Shown piece by piece: positions 19,433 to 30,050 of a DNA stretch of 64,000 nucleotides. Position numbers and translations under genes: made by a program. The stretch lies in the IMG/VR virus record IMGVR_UViG_3300035210_000191. One strand, given 5' to 3'. This DNA comes from an uncultured virus (IMG/VR IMGVR_UViG_3300035210_000191) (lineage: Duplodnaviria > Heunggongvirae > Uroviricota > Caudoviricetes). The notes beneath the pieces were generated by a model. The model worked only from the letters and a program-made list of their open reading frames with translations. It was not told the DNA's origin and did no database searches. Position 1 is the first letter of the stretch. The number at the start of each line of letters is the position of its first letter.

Positions 19433-19526
19433 AACAGTATTCAATATAGATTATTATTAAAAAAGTATTGATATCCTAGTATTAAATGTTATAATAATTG
19501 GCTACAAACACAACCAAGGAGTTTAT

Positions 19527-19763
19527 ATGCAGCAACCAATTCTAATTCAAGAAGTATCTTATACAGGCTCCGTTGTTGATGGGAACGAAGCACCACAATA
19601 TAAAGTCGATAATTTCGTAAACATTTACCTTGTTGAGCGTGTCCGACCTACTAAAAATCAAGAAGTAATGGCAGTTACGGTGACTGGTAAGGTTTCTTAT
19701 GTTCTTCGTAAGGATATCGAACAGTATCTACCCGATGAACAAGACACGCCTGTCACGGTTTAA
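19527..19763 (+). CDS. Small hypothetical protein
   Basis: AAGGAG SD and TGTTATAAT upstream. Confidence 0.7.
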   Translation: MQQPILIQEVSYTGSVVDGNEAPQYKVDNFVNIYLVERVRPTKNQEVMAVTVTGKVSYVLRKDIEQYLPDEQDTPVTV

Positions 19764-19838
19764 GCTTACAGTTTAAATCTTTCATATTTTTATTGTTTGT
19801 GTTATAATGCCTGTATAAGATATAGAAGGTTGAATTTA

Positions 19839-20846
19839 ATGTTATTATATAGGCTAGACGCAATTAGAAACTACGTTGTTTCTAAATACAATAAACCCTA
19901 CATTACTACGGAAGCTAGGAAAGAAGTCTCTGACTTCTTTTCTCCTAGTTACATGGTTGATCGTTATGAAATGAAAGAAATGTTTTTCGAAAATCATTAC
20001 ATGACCTCATTCCTTGTCAATGAAGATGACATGATGAAACACGTCTTGAATTTTAACCTTAAATTCAATCAAAATGTCGCTGCCCATAAAGTCATGAAGT
20101 TTGCTGATGAATTTCAACCTGAACAATATCATGTCTATAAAGTCGATAGCTATCCTGTTAACTACAACGAAATTGTTGAAAACCATTACATGAATGAAAG
20201 CATTCAACATTTGATTACGTTGAAAAAAGAAGCAGTGCGTATTGATAAAGAACGTAAATCTTATTTCAATTCCATTATGATGGACGACTTCCCAACCGAC
20301 ATTAAAACCAGTAAAGTTCTTTCACTGGACTTTGAGTATGACCAAGACCAGATTTATGAGCTTGGACTCAGTGTGTCTGACAATGGGGTTATATTTGACA
20401 AGTATCTGATTACTAACCTTAAAACAGGTAGCCGTGATAATCAGTTTCAATTTCAATTTGGTGAAACCAATATTGTACCTATACATACAATGGTGAATAC
20501 ACTGACACAATATCTATCTCAGGCTGATTACTTGCTTCTTCATGGTGGCTATAATGATATTGCTCTCTTAAATCGTTTTAATATTAAACTGGAAGATTTT
20601 CCAAATATTAAAGTGTTGGATACTTATCATTTCTATCCTAAGTATTTCAATAATAACAGCCAAGATAATTCCACCTTGTTGGATATCTTAAATCGTTTCA
20701 GTGTTGATTATAAGCATTTGCATAATGCGGGTAATGATGCTCACTACACTTTAGAACTTTTAATGAAGATGGATCACGCCATTGAAAATGGATTAACTGT
20801 TTCAAATCATCGAGCAAAAAAGGTTAAAAGCTCAAATCAAATGTAA
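19839..20846 (+). CDS. DEDDh 3'-5' exonuclease domain protein (paralog 1 of 4)
   Basis: SLDFEY (ExoI), LLHGGYND (ExoII), VLDT, HNAGNDA (ExoIII). Confidence 0.8.
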   Translation: MLLYRLDAIRNYVVSKYNKPYITTEARKEVSDFFSPSYMVDRYEMKEMFFENHYMTSFLVNEDDMMKHVLNFNLKFNQNVAAHKVMKFADEFQPEQYHVYKVDSYPVNYNEIVENHYMNESIQHLITLKKEAVRIDKERKSYFNSIMMDDFPTDIKTSKVLSLDFEYDQDQIYELGLSVSDNGVIFDKYLITNLKTGSRDNQFQFQFGETNIVPIHTMVNTLTQYLSQADYLLLHGGYNDIALLNRFNIKLEDFPNIKVLDTYHFYPKYFNNNSQDNSTLLDILNRFSVDYKHLHNAGNDAHYTLELLMKMDHAIENGLTVSNHRAKKVKSSNQM

Positions 20847-20911
20847 ATTAAGGTTGTAATTAATTGATAAGTTTAGTATAATAATACTATCCAGTTTAAG
20901 AAAAATTAATT

Positions 20912-21889
20912 ATGAACCTATATCGAATTTACTCAATCAAAGATGTCTTTATGAAGCAGTTCTCTCCTGATCTTAGGAAAATTGCTGCTCCATTTTTTCA
21001 TCTGCAAAGTCTCTTTTCAAATCTTCACATTGAAAATTTGTATATGAGCACACACCACATCAATTCTATTTTGATTGACGAAGATGGCTTGTCAAAAATT
21101 CAGTTGTTTTCTAAAATGAAATTTGGCAAACATACGAGTCTTGCTGAGATCTCAAAAGAAGCTTGTGTTTATAATGAGGATGAATTTACAAAATTCAAAA
21201 TCAATAACCCACACGATGTGACGGCTATTATTAAAGACCATATGCGTCAAGACCATATTCAGAAAATTATTCGATTGAAAAAAGAATCGCTTCGGGAAGC
21301 TGCAGTTAAAAAAGAAATCTTGCGTTCACGTATTCATAATGATTATGACAAAAGTTTTCACAAGAAGAAAACAGTCTCTATTGATTTTGAATACATCAAT
21401 CTTGATATTTTTGAGTTGGGTATTTCCGTCTATGAGAATGGTAAACAATCAAGCTATCATTATTTGATTAAAGAAAACTATGTCAAAAAGAAAACTAAAC
21501 CAGAATTGCAATTTATGTTTAATTTTGGAGACACTACTATTATTCCAGAAGCTTCTATTGCTTCCGTGATTAAAGAGCATCTGGTAGAGGCTGATTATCT
21601 TTTGCTTCATGGTCACAGTAATGATTATTTAATTCTCAGAAAATACGGTCTGGATATGGAAAAAGAAGAAAAGATGAAAATCATGGACACTATTCTTTAT
21701 TACAAGAAGTTCTTTAATCCAGAGCAAGGTGACGCTCTTACATTGAAACGTATGTTGCATGTTTTTGATATTGAGCCATCCAATATGCATAACAGTGGTA
21801 ATGATGCTGACTTCACATTAAAACTGTTTTCTGAAATGCATAATCGCTGCGATAAAAGGATGAAGATGTTAATGAAATCTGTTGCTTAA
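20912..21889 (+). CDS. DEDDh exonuclease domain protein (paralog 2 of 4)
   Basis: SIDFEY, LLHGHSND, MDT, HNSGNDA. Confidence 0.8.
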   Translation: MNLYRIYSIKDVFMKQFSPDLRKIAAPFFHLQSLFSNLHIENLYMSTHHINSILIDEDGLSKIQLFSKMKFGKHTSLAEISKEACVYNEDEFTKFKINNPHDVTAIIKDHMRQDHIQKIIRLKKESLREAAVKKEILRSRIHNDYDKSFHKKKTVSIDFEYINLDIFELGISVYENGKQSSYHYLIKENYVKKKTKPELQFMFNFGDTTIIPEASIASVIKEHLVEADYLLLHGHSNDYLILRKYGLDMEKEEKMKIMDTILYYKKFFNPEQGDALTLKRMLHVFDIEPSNMHNSGNDADFTLKLFSEMHNRCDKRMKMLMKSVA

Positions 21890-21938
21890 ATAGTCTAATT
21901 TTGATATAATACTAACACAAATTTTGGAGATTAGTATT

Positions 21939-22331
21939 ATGTCAATTTTAAAAGATTCACTTAAAACCGCCCTGTTTAGTAAACCTATGGCAATCCTTGC
22001 TGTCATGATACTTATCTTCTTTGGAGCCGTGGGTTATTTTATTGGTTATCTTGCTACTTATAAAGAAACCATTGTTTCAACCACGCCTGTTGAACTTAAT
22101 ATTATTAAAGTAATGAAGCAAAACGTTGATGGTAAATATAATGTTTACTATCGTTATAAAGACAATGAAACGACTTATGCAATTAAATTATCATCTTGTG
22201 TTATCAAACCAAAACTTGACGGCACTGTTGTAAAGGCTGAAAACATTCAATACACTTATTCTACTGTCTTTAATGATGGAGCTGACAGTCGTTTATCTAA
22301 GCCTAGTCAAATCTTTTGCGTGCAGAAGTAA
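21939..22331 (+). CDS. Single-pass membrane protein
   Basis: One N-terminal TM helix; GGAG SD. Confidence 0.65.
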   Translation: MSILKDSLKTALFSKPMAILAVMILIFFGAVGYFIGYLATYKETIVSTTPVELNIIKVMKQNVDGKYNVYYRYKDNETTYAIKLSSCVIKPKLDGTVVKAENIQYTYSTVFNDGADSRLSKPSQIFCVQK

Positions 22332-22341
22332 GGATAATTAT

Positions 22342-22824
22342 ATGATTTATCAATTTCCTGATTTTAAAGTCATTGCTCAACATAGAAACCTATTGAAAAA
22401 TTCAACAGTGATTGGCAATCGTATTAAAATGTTTGAAGAACATGCTGACCGTACTATTTTTTCTGCTTGTCACTCTAATGACGGCTCAAAACTATCAGCC
22501 GAAAAACGTAAAGAAATTTTATCTTATCTTAATGAACCTACTCATGAGAAATGGGATAAGATTTATAAATTTCAGATGTTCCCAAATAAATCATTGTGGG
22601 ACAGTTGGAACAAAGTATCGACTGATGTAGTGACTTTTGTTGTGGATATTGAGAATGCTTATGCCAAATGGCGAAGAATTCCAACACCAGAAGAACTTGT
22701 TTTAGGCATTGCCGCCATTAAGAAAAATGAACTTGAAAAGCTTGTTAATATTAAGATTGCACTTGACAATAACACCCTTGATTTAGAGTTCAAATTCAAG
22801 AATTATCTGTTGAAATATGCTTGA
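22342..22824 (+). CDS. Hypothetical protein
   Basis: ATG 22342 after AAGGA SD. Confidence 0.65.
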   Translation: MIYQFPDFKVIAQHRNLLKNSTVIGNRIKMFEEHADRTIFSACHSNDGSKLSAEKRKEILSYLNEPTHEKWDKIYKFQMFPNKSLWDSWNKVSTDVVTFVVDIENAYAKWRRIPTPEELVLGIAAIKKNELEKLVNIKIALDNNTLDLEFKFKNYLLKYA

Positions 22825-22872
22825 TTTTTAGTGTACTTTATGGTATTATTTGTGAAATCTTGGAGAAACAAC

Positions 22873-23400
22873 ATGAAGCAAACTCTTATATTTTTAATCG
22901 CTATTTTTTCAGGCTTTTCATATGCAAATCCTGTTATGACTGATGCTGAAAAACTGGGTGGTGTTAAATATTTGGTCAATGATGGCACTTTAGTTGCTGA
23001 ATTTGATTATGTTAATCCAGAACAGTTAAAAGTCTTTGAAGACTATGACTTCACTGTAGAAAGTGCCCCTTGCACTGTGTTGGGTGATTACTACTCTCCT
23101 GCTGATGATAATAATACCGTTTACACTGTTAAAGTGGAAAGTAAAGATTTTAGATTCATGTGCCGTGCTGTTGTCGGTATGAAGGAGAATGAGCGTAGAC
23201 TTTACATGGTGGGTTCTGTGTATGACTGTATGAGCCGTCCTTTTGATTTTAGTCAATCAACACTGGAAGACTACAAGCATTTTGGTTCTATGTGTGAAGA
23301 CTCTAACCGTTCGAAATATATCAAGACAGTTGACTATTCATACCTTGAATTATTCCATCCTGAAAAATACTTTAAAATAATCGCTTTTAACACAAAATAA
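22873..23400 (+). CDS. Exported hypothetical protein
   Basis: MKQTLIFLIAIFSGFSYA signal peptide; GGAG SD. Confidence 0.7.
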   Translation: MKQTLIFLIAIFSGFSYANPVMTDAEKLGGVKYLVNDGTLVAEFDYVNPEQLKVFEDYDFTVESAPCTVLGDYYSPADDNNTVYTVKVESKDFRFMCRAVVGMKENERRLYMVGSVYDCMSRPFDFSQSTLEDYKHFGSMCEDSNRSKYIKTVDYSYLELFHPEKYFKIIAFNTK

Positions 23401-23526
23401 AACCTGCAATGCAGGTTTTGTTATATCTTATCTGCCAAAAATTTACACAAACCTTTCACTTCTACCACTTCCGTTTGTCGTTTTTCCTGCTATTATAACT
23501 AATAAGACAATTTAGGAGTTATATTT

Positions 23527-23910
23527 ATGAAAAAAATAACATTATCAATTATCATTGCTTCATTACTTCCGTTCTCTATGGCTATGGCTGGGACAACAGA
23601 TGTGAAGACAGACGGTGGTGGTGATAGAGCCGAAATGAGAGCTAAGCACGAAGCAAAATTTGCAGAAGAACTTGGTTTGACTGATGCTCAGAAAGCTAAG
23701 TTGGCTGAAATAAAAGCAAAAGGACAGGCTAATAGAGAAGCCCAAAAAGCAGAGTTTGACGCAGTATTGACACCAGAACAAAAAGCTAAGATGGAAACGA
23801 TGAAAAAGAACCACGAAGGTTTCAAAGGTCGTAAAGGTGGACATGAAGGCCATCTAAAACCAGCCACTGACAAAGTTGTTCCAGCCGTTCCAGTAGAACA
23901 AGCTAAGTAA
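23527..23910 (+). CDS. Spy/CpxP-like periplasmic protein (LTxxQ motifs)
   Basis: Signal peptide (AMA); LGLTDAQKAKL and VLTPEQKAKM repeats; UUCG terminator at 23931-23954. Confidence 0.75.
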   Translation: MKKITLSIIIASLLPFSMAMAGTTDVKTDGGGDRAEMRAKHEAKFAEELGLTDAQKAKLAEIKAKGQANREAQKAEFDAVLTPEQKAKMETMKKNHEGFKGRKGGHEGHLKPATDKVVPAVPVEQAK

Positions 23911-24006
23911 TCAACTACAGTTGTTATATTAAAATAGCCTTCGGGCTATTTTTTGTTGCTTCAATTTTTTAAATGTAGTATACTCTTCAAATTATTAGGA
24001 GCCACA

Positions 24007-24666
24007 ATGCATATTCTTTTTAAAAAATTCTTTAACCTTGATGACACAGTTCAATTTCCTGATGATATGGAAACTGGCTTTCAGTCTCTTACTGGCTTCG
24101 GTTCTATTAAGAAGAAGACCGCTAGCGACTCATTCATTATTAAAAAATGCGAAGATCCTTTAATTATTCGTCTTCACAATGAAGCGGTTGAAAGTTATCA
24201 TCAGTTTGTCATCGCTTTTAATAGTAATTTCACTAATGGTTATACTCATCATAAGACATTTAAATTATTAAGGTCAAAAATTGACTTAGTTCGTGAAGAA
24301 ATTGAATTTCAGTTTATTAACAAAAACAAGATTTTTGTTCTGTATTCAAACCATTTTGAATTTAAAGGTAAGAACGGACAAAAAGAAGTGGTGAGCATTT
24401 GTTACCGTATTCCTATTAATGAAAGAGAACCCTCAGAATGCACTGTTAAATTCGATTTAATTAAAGTGCCTTGTAACTACAACTATTATTCAGAGTCGGC
24501 TCTTGATTTCAAATACACAGGAAAGTATTATTCAACTAATCTGTTGACTATTGTGTTTATTGCCAATAATTTCCGCAAACAGATTGAAGAACAGTTCGAA
24601 AGCATTGATAAGTTTGTTGAGAATTTTGATGATAATATTAAAATACTCACAATGTTAGTATTTTAA
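24007..24666 (+). CDS. Hypothetical protein with C-terminal MxxF motif
   Basis: ATG 24007 after AGGAG; ends KILTMLVF. Confidence 0.7.
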   Translation: MHILFKKFFNLDDTVQFPDDMETGFQSLTGFGSIKKKTASDSFIIKKCEDPLIIRLHNEAVESYHQFVIAFNSNFTNGYTHHKTFKLLRSKIDLVREEIEFQFINKNKIFVLYSNHFEFKGKNGQKEVVSICYRIPINEREPSECTVKFDLIKVPCNYNYYSESALDFKYTGKYYSTNLLTIVFIANNFRKQIEEQFESIDKFVENFDDNIKILTMLVF

Positions 24667-24728
24667 ACATCAATTATTGACTATTTGTTTTTATAGTAGA
24701 TAATATTTCTACTATTTTAGGAGCTGCT

Positions 24729-25253
24729 ATGAAGACAGAAAATGATTTACAAGAATTGATGGATTCCATAATTAAAAACATACAAATAAAAGACAAAAAA
24801 GAAATCATTCACAGTAAGTTTGAAAGTGATTATGATGACATTACATTTGAAGGTCATCAGAAATTATTCAATTATGATTATCCTGTAAAGTATCCATTTA
24901 GTGCATTGAAAGTGAACAATACAGTTGAAAACCAAATAATTGTTGAATACTTACATATTATCCCGAAAAGAGTCTTTAATGTAGAAAGTGTAGATTATAA
25001 ATCTTTAATTGATTTAACAAGAAAGTTAAAACATTCAGAAAAAAGAGAAGATTTAATTGTGATTTTAAACTTTTTAAAGCATGAAAACTTTACAGCCATT
25101 CAACCAGAAATGAGTGATGATGGATGGTTTATTAAATTTTTGTTCCGTAAAGATGAGTTCACTGTAAGAATGAACATAAAAGCAATATTTTATGACACTT
25201 GTGGATGGGATGTTGTTAAAATTTCAAGCAATTCTTTGATGGGAACTAATTAA
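24729..25253 (+). CDS. Hypothetical protein
   Basis: AGGAG SD; 174-aa ORF. Confidence 0.65.
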   Translation: MKTENDLQELMDSIIKNIQIKDKKEIIHSKFESDYDDITFEGHQKLFNYDYPVKYPFSALKVNNTVENQIIVEYLHIIPKRVFNVESVDYKSLIDLTRKLKHSEKREDLIVILNFLKHENFTAIQPEMSDDGWFIKFLFRKDEFTVRMNIKAIFYDTCGWDVVKISSNSLMGTN

Positions 25254-25338
25254 TTAAATCTCTTTATATCAATAATATTTGACCAAAAGCCATGATATGT
25301 AGTATAATACTCACTATTAAATCATATGAGACAATATC

Positions 25339-25893
25339 ATGAACACACAAATTGCAGCGATTGCCAAATATTTCGGAGTGCCCGATTACACCATTGATAA
25401 TTACTGTGGTATTGTCGGGGATATGAAAGTCAAACTGTCTCGCTATGAAGATTCTGTGGTTGTTTTCAAATATTCACAAAAAGCGAACCCTGTTAAAAAA
25501 ATGATTGCTGATCACCAAGACGCAGTTTTAAATACGCTTGATGGTTTGTTTGCTTTTGATAAAAAGACATTTCTTCAAAAATACAGCATTACTCACTATA
25601 TTGCTGTGGATAAAAAGAATGACAACAAAGTTTCTTTTTATACTACCTACACTAAAAAGACCAATGAACAATTCCCACTGGATATCCAAGTCTTCGGTAA
25701 AAATCAATTTTACGAAGTCAATTTCATTGTGGTGTCTAAGGATGATGAATTTTATATCTCTGGACTGGGTGATAAACACGTTGTCAACCTTAAAGAATAT
25801 TTCTTGCTTAAAAATTGCCATTATGACATTAAAAAAATGTTTGGCGATGTTGAAGAATTGAATAAAGATCTTATCGACATGTGTTTTATTTAA
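25339..25893 (+). CDS. Hypothetical protein with C-terminal MxxI motif
   Basis: TTGACC...TATAAT promoter; ends DLIDMCFI. Confidence 0.7.
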   Translation: MNTQIAAIAKYFGVPDYTIDNYCGIVGDMKVKLSRYEDSVVVFKYSQKANPVKKMIADHQDAVLNTLDGLFAFDKKTFLQKYSITHYIAVDKKNDNKVSFYTTYTKKTNEQFPLDIQVFGKNQFYEVNFIVVSKDDEFYISGLGDKHVVNLKEYFLLKNCHYDIKKMFGDVEELNKDLIDMCFI

Positions 25894-25960
25894 GTGTTGA
25901 TTTACAAAGTGAATACTGTTATAATTACCACATTAACTAATAAACAATAGGAGATTTAAT

Positions 25961-26161
25961 ATGATTGAAGATAACCCTAAAATGACTCATAAGATGGGCA
26001 ATGGCGATTTGGTTGCAAGTCTTGACTTTGTTGGTAAGATTTGTTGCCGTTATTTTGATGAAGGTAAGCCGATGTATGTCGCTCGCTCGCTTGATGGTAA
26101 AGACCAGCGTACCTTCGGTGATAAATCATCTTTCCGCCGCACATCCGCAGGTGCTTCATAA
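25961..26161 (+). CDS. Small hypothetical protein, first of a short operon
   Basis: AGGAG SD; promoter TGTTATAAT upstream. Confidence 0.6.
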   Translation: MIEDNPKMTHKMGNGDLVASLDFVGKICCRYFDEGKPMYVARSLDGKDQRTFGDKSSFRRTSAGAS

Positions 26162-26172
26162 GGGGAAATGTT

Positions 26173-26400
26173 ATGATTTATTCGGTTAAGGTGAAACACC
26201 GCCGTTTTCTTGATGGTAAAGAAGCGGCCAAGCTGAAAAGCTTTGGTGTGAAGGTTGTTGAGAACAATCATGTTTATGATGAGCATTCCTCCCATTTTAT
26301 CTCGAAAGTTGAAATGGATGATGGTAAGCTTCAAGAACTTGAAAGCACGTTCAAATGCACTGTTGATGGCGATGCAATCACAATTGATATGGAGAAGTAA
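26173..26400 (+). CDS. Small hypothetical protein
   Basis: AGGGG SD; tightly packed in the operon. Confidence 0.6.
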   Translation: MIYSVKVKHRRFLDGKEAAKLKSFGVKVVENNHVYDEHSSHFISKVEMDDGKLQELESTFKCTVDGDAITIDMEK

Positions 26401-26402
26401 GT

Positions 26403-26663
26403 ATGTTGATGAAAGAAGGCGAAGATTATTCTATTCATGGTATTCATATTGATAACGCCAAGGAACTTGTGGTTGTCAGTGATTTCCTCAGTTATTCAAA
26501 GCGTTGGCCTACAACGCTTGATTATAAAGGCAAATCTTATTCATTCAATGGTATTTCACCACTTCCACAGTGTTATGTTGGTCATTATTTTTCGATGGCT
26601 CTGTATCTTGAAAAAGAAGCAGTTGCTGTAAATTCCACGGACACTGTATATGGAAAGCATTGA
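26403..26663 (+). CDS. Small hypothetical protein
   Basis: GGAG SD; overlaps the start of the kinase-like gene. Confidence 0.55.
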   Translation: MLMKEGEDYSIHGIHIDNAKELVVVSDFLSYSKRWPTTLDYKGKSYSFNGISPLPQCYVGHYFSMALYLEKEAVAVNSTDTVYGKH

Positions 26664-27348
26664 CCTACTCAAATTAGCCTATAAACGTAATAGAGCACTG
26701 CATAGTCGATTAAAGAGAACTTACCAAGTCCTAGGATCTGGTAAGTTTCTTACCTCTTACTATGATGAAAAGAATGATGTGGTTATCAAAGCCTTTAAAC
26801 TCTCTGTCATGAAAGATAAGAAGCATTCGTTACTGATTGGTGAAGATGCAGAAGAGTTATTCTATCAAGTCTTTAATGACATCGTGGATGACCCAGAACA
26901 AGTTAAACAAGCATTGACTGAATACATCTTTAAGACAAATCTTGATTGGGCTTATTATTGTTTGGAAAACTGCAGTAAGAATAAACACTTACCGAAAGTC
27001 TATGAAGTGACTATCGACCCAGAACATTTTTCTTACATTATAAAATGTGAGCGGTTATTTCATCTTAATCGACTTAATGATTATCGAATATATGAGTTCG
27101 CTAGTGAACTTTGTATCAATATTCATTCACATATGAAGTCTAATATTAGTTATGACTACGAATATGAACTTGCAGATACCCCTTCTGAGATGTTTTCTGA
27201 CTTTATTGAATACAATTTACTCAAAGCGTTAATAGCCGATATTTCGACTAAGTTTGCTTATTATACGTTAGACTTACATTCTAAAAATATTATGTTTAGG
27301 TTCGATGGCACTGATGTTAATTTAATACTAAACGATCCCTTTTATTAA
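26650..27348 (+). CDS. Ser/Thr protein kinase-like protein (phage T7 gp0.7-like catalytic core)
   Basis: Gly-rich LGSGKF, VVIK, LPKVY, ERL, catalytic loop DLHSKNIMFR, LILNDP. Confidence 0.7.
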   Translation: MESIDLLKLAYKRNRALHSRLKRTYQVLGSGKFLTSYYDEKNDVVIKAFKLSVMKDKKHSLLIGEDAEELFYQVFNDIVDDPEQVKQALTEYIFKTNLDWAYYCLENCSKNKHLPKVYEVTIDPEHFSYIIKCERLFHLNRLNDYRIYEFASELCINIHSHMKSNISYDYEYELADTPSEMFSDFIEYNLLKALIADISTKFAYYTLDLHSKNIMFRFDGTDVNLILNDPFY

Positions 27349-27415
27349 ATAATGATGTTAAAGGCTGTTGGAATATGGTATAATTGTTATTATTAATTAG
27401 AAAGGAAATACATAA

Positions 27416-28036
27416 TTGGACATAACAGAAGTAATTGTGAATGGCATTGAGCCTAGTGCTTACTTTTTGAGAAATAACCCTGAATGGCGACATGTCAATC
27501 AGGGGATTTGCTTTAATGTGTTTGAAGATATTGGGACTAATCATATTTTTAAAGTTCAATCACTTAGTTGTGGCAGTGAGCAAATTAAAGAAATTAAATA
27601 TTGGACACGCTATTGTCTTGACCATCAACATTTTAATTACCTTCCTCAATTAAACTCCTGTAAACTTTATAAATTCGATAAAAAATCCTTGTTCTGCATT
27701 GACTCTGAAAAGCTTGTTGATGTGGGTGTTGAATTAATTGCTGAAATTAAATCTATTTTTGATGGCTATATTGCTAAGGCATTCATCGAATTGAGCGATC
27801 ATGATATTTCTATTATTTTAGATCGAATTTATCAATCTACTCACTTTTGCAAGCGTATTGGTACAGACTTTGAAGATTTTTTTGTGACATTGCTTAAAGA
27901 TTTGCGTAAAATTGCTCGCCAACAAGGTGATACCATCTTTAGTTTGGATCTCCATTTTAATAATTTTATGATTAGGCCAAGCACTGGACAACTGGTGATT
28001 GTGGATGCTTTTAGCTGCTCAATGTATAATGAATAA
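27416..28036 (+). CDS. Second kinase-like protein
   Basis: NQGICFNVF, IFKV, LPQL, EKL, DLHFNNFMIR...LVIVDAF; TTG start after AAGGA. Confidence 0.65.
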   Translation: MDITEVIVNGIEPSAYFLRNNPEWRHVNQGICFNVFEDIGTNHIFKVQSLSCGSEQIKEIKYWTRYCLDHQHFNYLPQLNSCKLYKFDKKSLFCIDSEKLVDVGVELIAEIKSIFDGYIAKAFIELSDHDISIILDRIYQSTHFCKRIGTDFEDFFVTLLKDLRKIARQQGDTIFSLDLHFNNFMIRPSTGQLVIVDAFSCSMYNE

Positions 28037-28111
28037 TATTATAATAACATTGATTTTCTTTTCTTTTAAGCTAAACTGACTTCATCATTTACACAAACAA
28101 AGGAGAATGAG

Positions 28112-28306
28112 ATGTTAGACCCGCTAAGCATTATGAAATTGGTACCCAAGGCAAAAATGTTGGTTGCATTGTTAACAGAAACCATGAAAGAATATGATGA
28201 AAACGTTAAGAAATACAATATCAAGCCAAACGACACCAAAGAATACAACAAATTAAAAGCTGAAATTGAAGTGATAATGGAAAAAGACAGCAAATCCAAA
28301 AAATAA
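28112..28306 (+). CDS. Small helical hypothetical protein
   Basis: AAGGAG SD. Confidence 0.6.
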   Translation: MLDPLSIMKLVPKAKMLVALLTETMKEYDENVKKYNIKPNDTKEYNKLKAEIEVIMEKDSKSKK

Positions 28307-28378
28307 GGTTAAAACCTTATTTTTTATTGCTTTATAGTCGTTATAGTTGTATAATTAAAAAAAATAAACAGGTGATTT

Positions 28379-28855
28379 ATGAAAAAGTTTCTAAAACAAA
28401 TGGCGGGTTTTTTTAATGAGGAAGCTAAAAACTCATTGAAATATGAACAATTTAAAAAAGACAATGAATTACTTGTTAACTCTTTCAATAACACTGTGCA
28501 TGAACAAGCGTCTTCTGACCTTCGTGTTCGTGAATTCACTTATAAGACATTAGGCTCAAGAGTCAAGAACTGTTATAAAAAGAATTGTTCGTTTGAAATT
28601 TCTTGTCCATTCTTTAAAGATGGTGAAGAACTGGGTCGTGCTAATATCGTATTTGTTACATCATCCCCATCAAAAAGCATTGAAAAGTTATACGATAACA
28701 AAACTCGTATTCTAGGCATCTATTTTGAAAATGGTTATATCGGTGGACTCTATGAAACCAAGAAAGGCACTATTGATTACTTCTATGATAAGGCTGTTCT
28801 GGAAATTGTTTCGCTGAAAGACGTTACGGTTGATTTGTCCTTCTTAAAGATTTAA
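28379..28855 (+). CDS. Hypothetical protein
   Basis: AGGTG SD, upstream TATAAT; ends DLSFLKI. Confidence 0.65.
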   Translation: MKKFLKQMAGFFNEEAKNSLKYEQFKKDNELLVNSFNNTVHEQASSDLRVREFTYKTLGSRVKNCYKKNCSFEISCPFFKDGEELGRANIVFVTSSPSKSIEKLYDNKTRILGIYFENGYIGGLYETKKGTIDYFYDKAVLEIVSLKDVTVDLSFLKI

Positions 28856-28980
28856 AGTTTTTTACTACAAAAAAACACTGAATCTTTCAGTGTTTTTTCA
28901 TTTCTGTTTTCTGTCTAAAAGTTGTTGTAAAAACCTCGATATTTTGCTATAATGGATTTATCAATTTGCAGAGGTTTCCT

Positions 28981-29304
28981 ATGAAAATAACCCCATATAC
29001 CATTGTTCAATTAAAAGATGGCAATTATTTTTTTGTTCACTCAGTTGGTAACCGTCAAGTAGAAATTGGCGAACTGAAAGACAAAATAATTCGTGGTCTA
29101 CCTATTAAGAAAAGTAAAGTTGTTTTAGAAGGTAAATCGACAAAAGATCTATTGAATGTTAAAGAGGCTAGTTTCAAAGAAATTGAAAAGTTCTTTTTCA
29201 CACAAGGTCTTTTTGACCCTGAATGGGAATATGTTGAGGAAATCTCGAAAATCGTAAAAAGAAAAAATATTGAGTTCACTATCCCAGATATTGAGTTCAT
29301 TTAA
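28981..29304 (+). CDS. Hypothetical protein
   Basis: GAGG SD, TGCTATAAT promoter. Confidence 0.6.
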   Translation: MKITPYTIVQLKDGNYFFVHSVGNRQVEIGELKDKIIRGLPIKKSKVVLEGKSTKDLLNVKEASFKEIEKFFFTQGLFDPEWEYVEEISKIVKRKNIEFTIPDIEFI

Positions 29305-29320
29305 AGAAAAGGATATTATT

Positions 29321-29752
29321 ATGAAAGAATTAACGTATGCAGTATTCATTGTTAAAGTGATCAATGGTGTTAAACACTTGTTTATGGCTCACTCAACTGG
29401 CAATAACTTTTGGGACGTTCCAAAAGGTGGTGCAGAAGATGATGAAACCCCAGTTCAGTCAGCCATTCGTGAGTTGAAGGAAGAAGCGGGTGTTGATTTT
29501 GTAGCAGAAGATCTCAAAGATTTGGGTGTCTTTGTTTACAACAATCGTAAAAACATGCACGTTTTCCTTTATACTGGCAGTGATTATCCTTTGCCATCGG
29601 CGTGTGAATGTGTTTCTACCTTCACTTGTCCGTATACAAAAAGAGAAAAACCAGAAGTTGACGATTTTAAATATGTCGCTTTTGATGACGTTCCAACTCA
29701 TTGTGCTAAAAGTTTCAACAAAGTTTTTGAAGCTTTTACAAATTTAAATTAA
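29321..29752 (+). CDS. Nudix hydrolase (T4 NudE-like)
   Basis: Nudix box GGAEDDETPVQSAIRELKEEAGV; H.TG..FWD.PKG and C.STF....PEVD as in phage Nudix proteins. Confidence 0.88.
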   Translation: MKELTYAVFIVKVINGVKHLFMAHSTGNNFWDVPKGGAEDDETPVQSAIRELKEEAGVDFVAEDLKDLGVFVYNNRKNMHVFLYTGSDYPLPSACECVSTFTCPYTKREKPEVDDFKYVAFDDVPTHCAKSFNKVFEAFTNLN

Positions 29753-29764
29753 GAGGTATATAAC

Positions 29765-29962
29765 ATGCGTAACACTTTTGATAGCATACTCAATGCGAGT
29801 GCTGATATTACTGGTTGGACTGACGCCGATAAACTATCAATTTTGTTAACTTATCTTGACTCTCATTGCAGCGATAAGATTGAGCATTTTATGATGTTTA
29901 CTGACGCAGTGATTGACACAGAAGTTGATGAAAAAGAAGTTGACGAACTCATTGTCCGCTAA
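29765..29962 (+). CDS. Small acidic hypothetical protein
   Basis: GAGG SD; followed by a UUCG terminator at 29980-30003. Confidence 0.6.
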   Translation: MRNTFDSILNASADITGWTDADKLSILLTYLDSHCSDKIEHFMMFTDAVIDTEVDEKEVDELIVR

Positions 29963-30050
29963 CCTACATAACAATTAAGACTGGCTTCGGCCAGTTTTTT
30001 TTTATTCAAAAAAGTTATGGTATACTGTTAATAGAATATCGGACAATATT

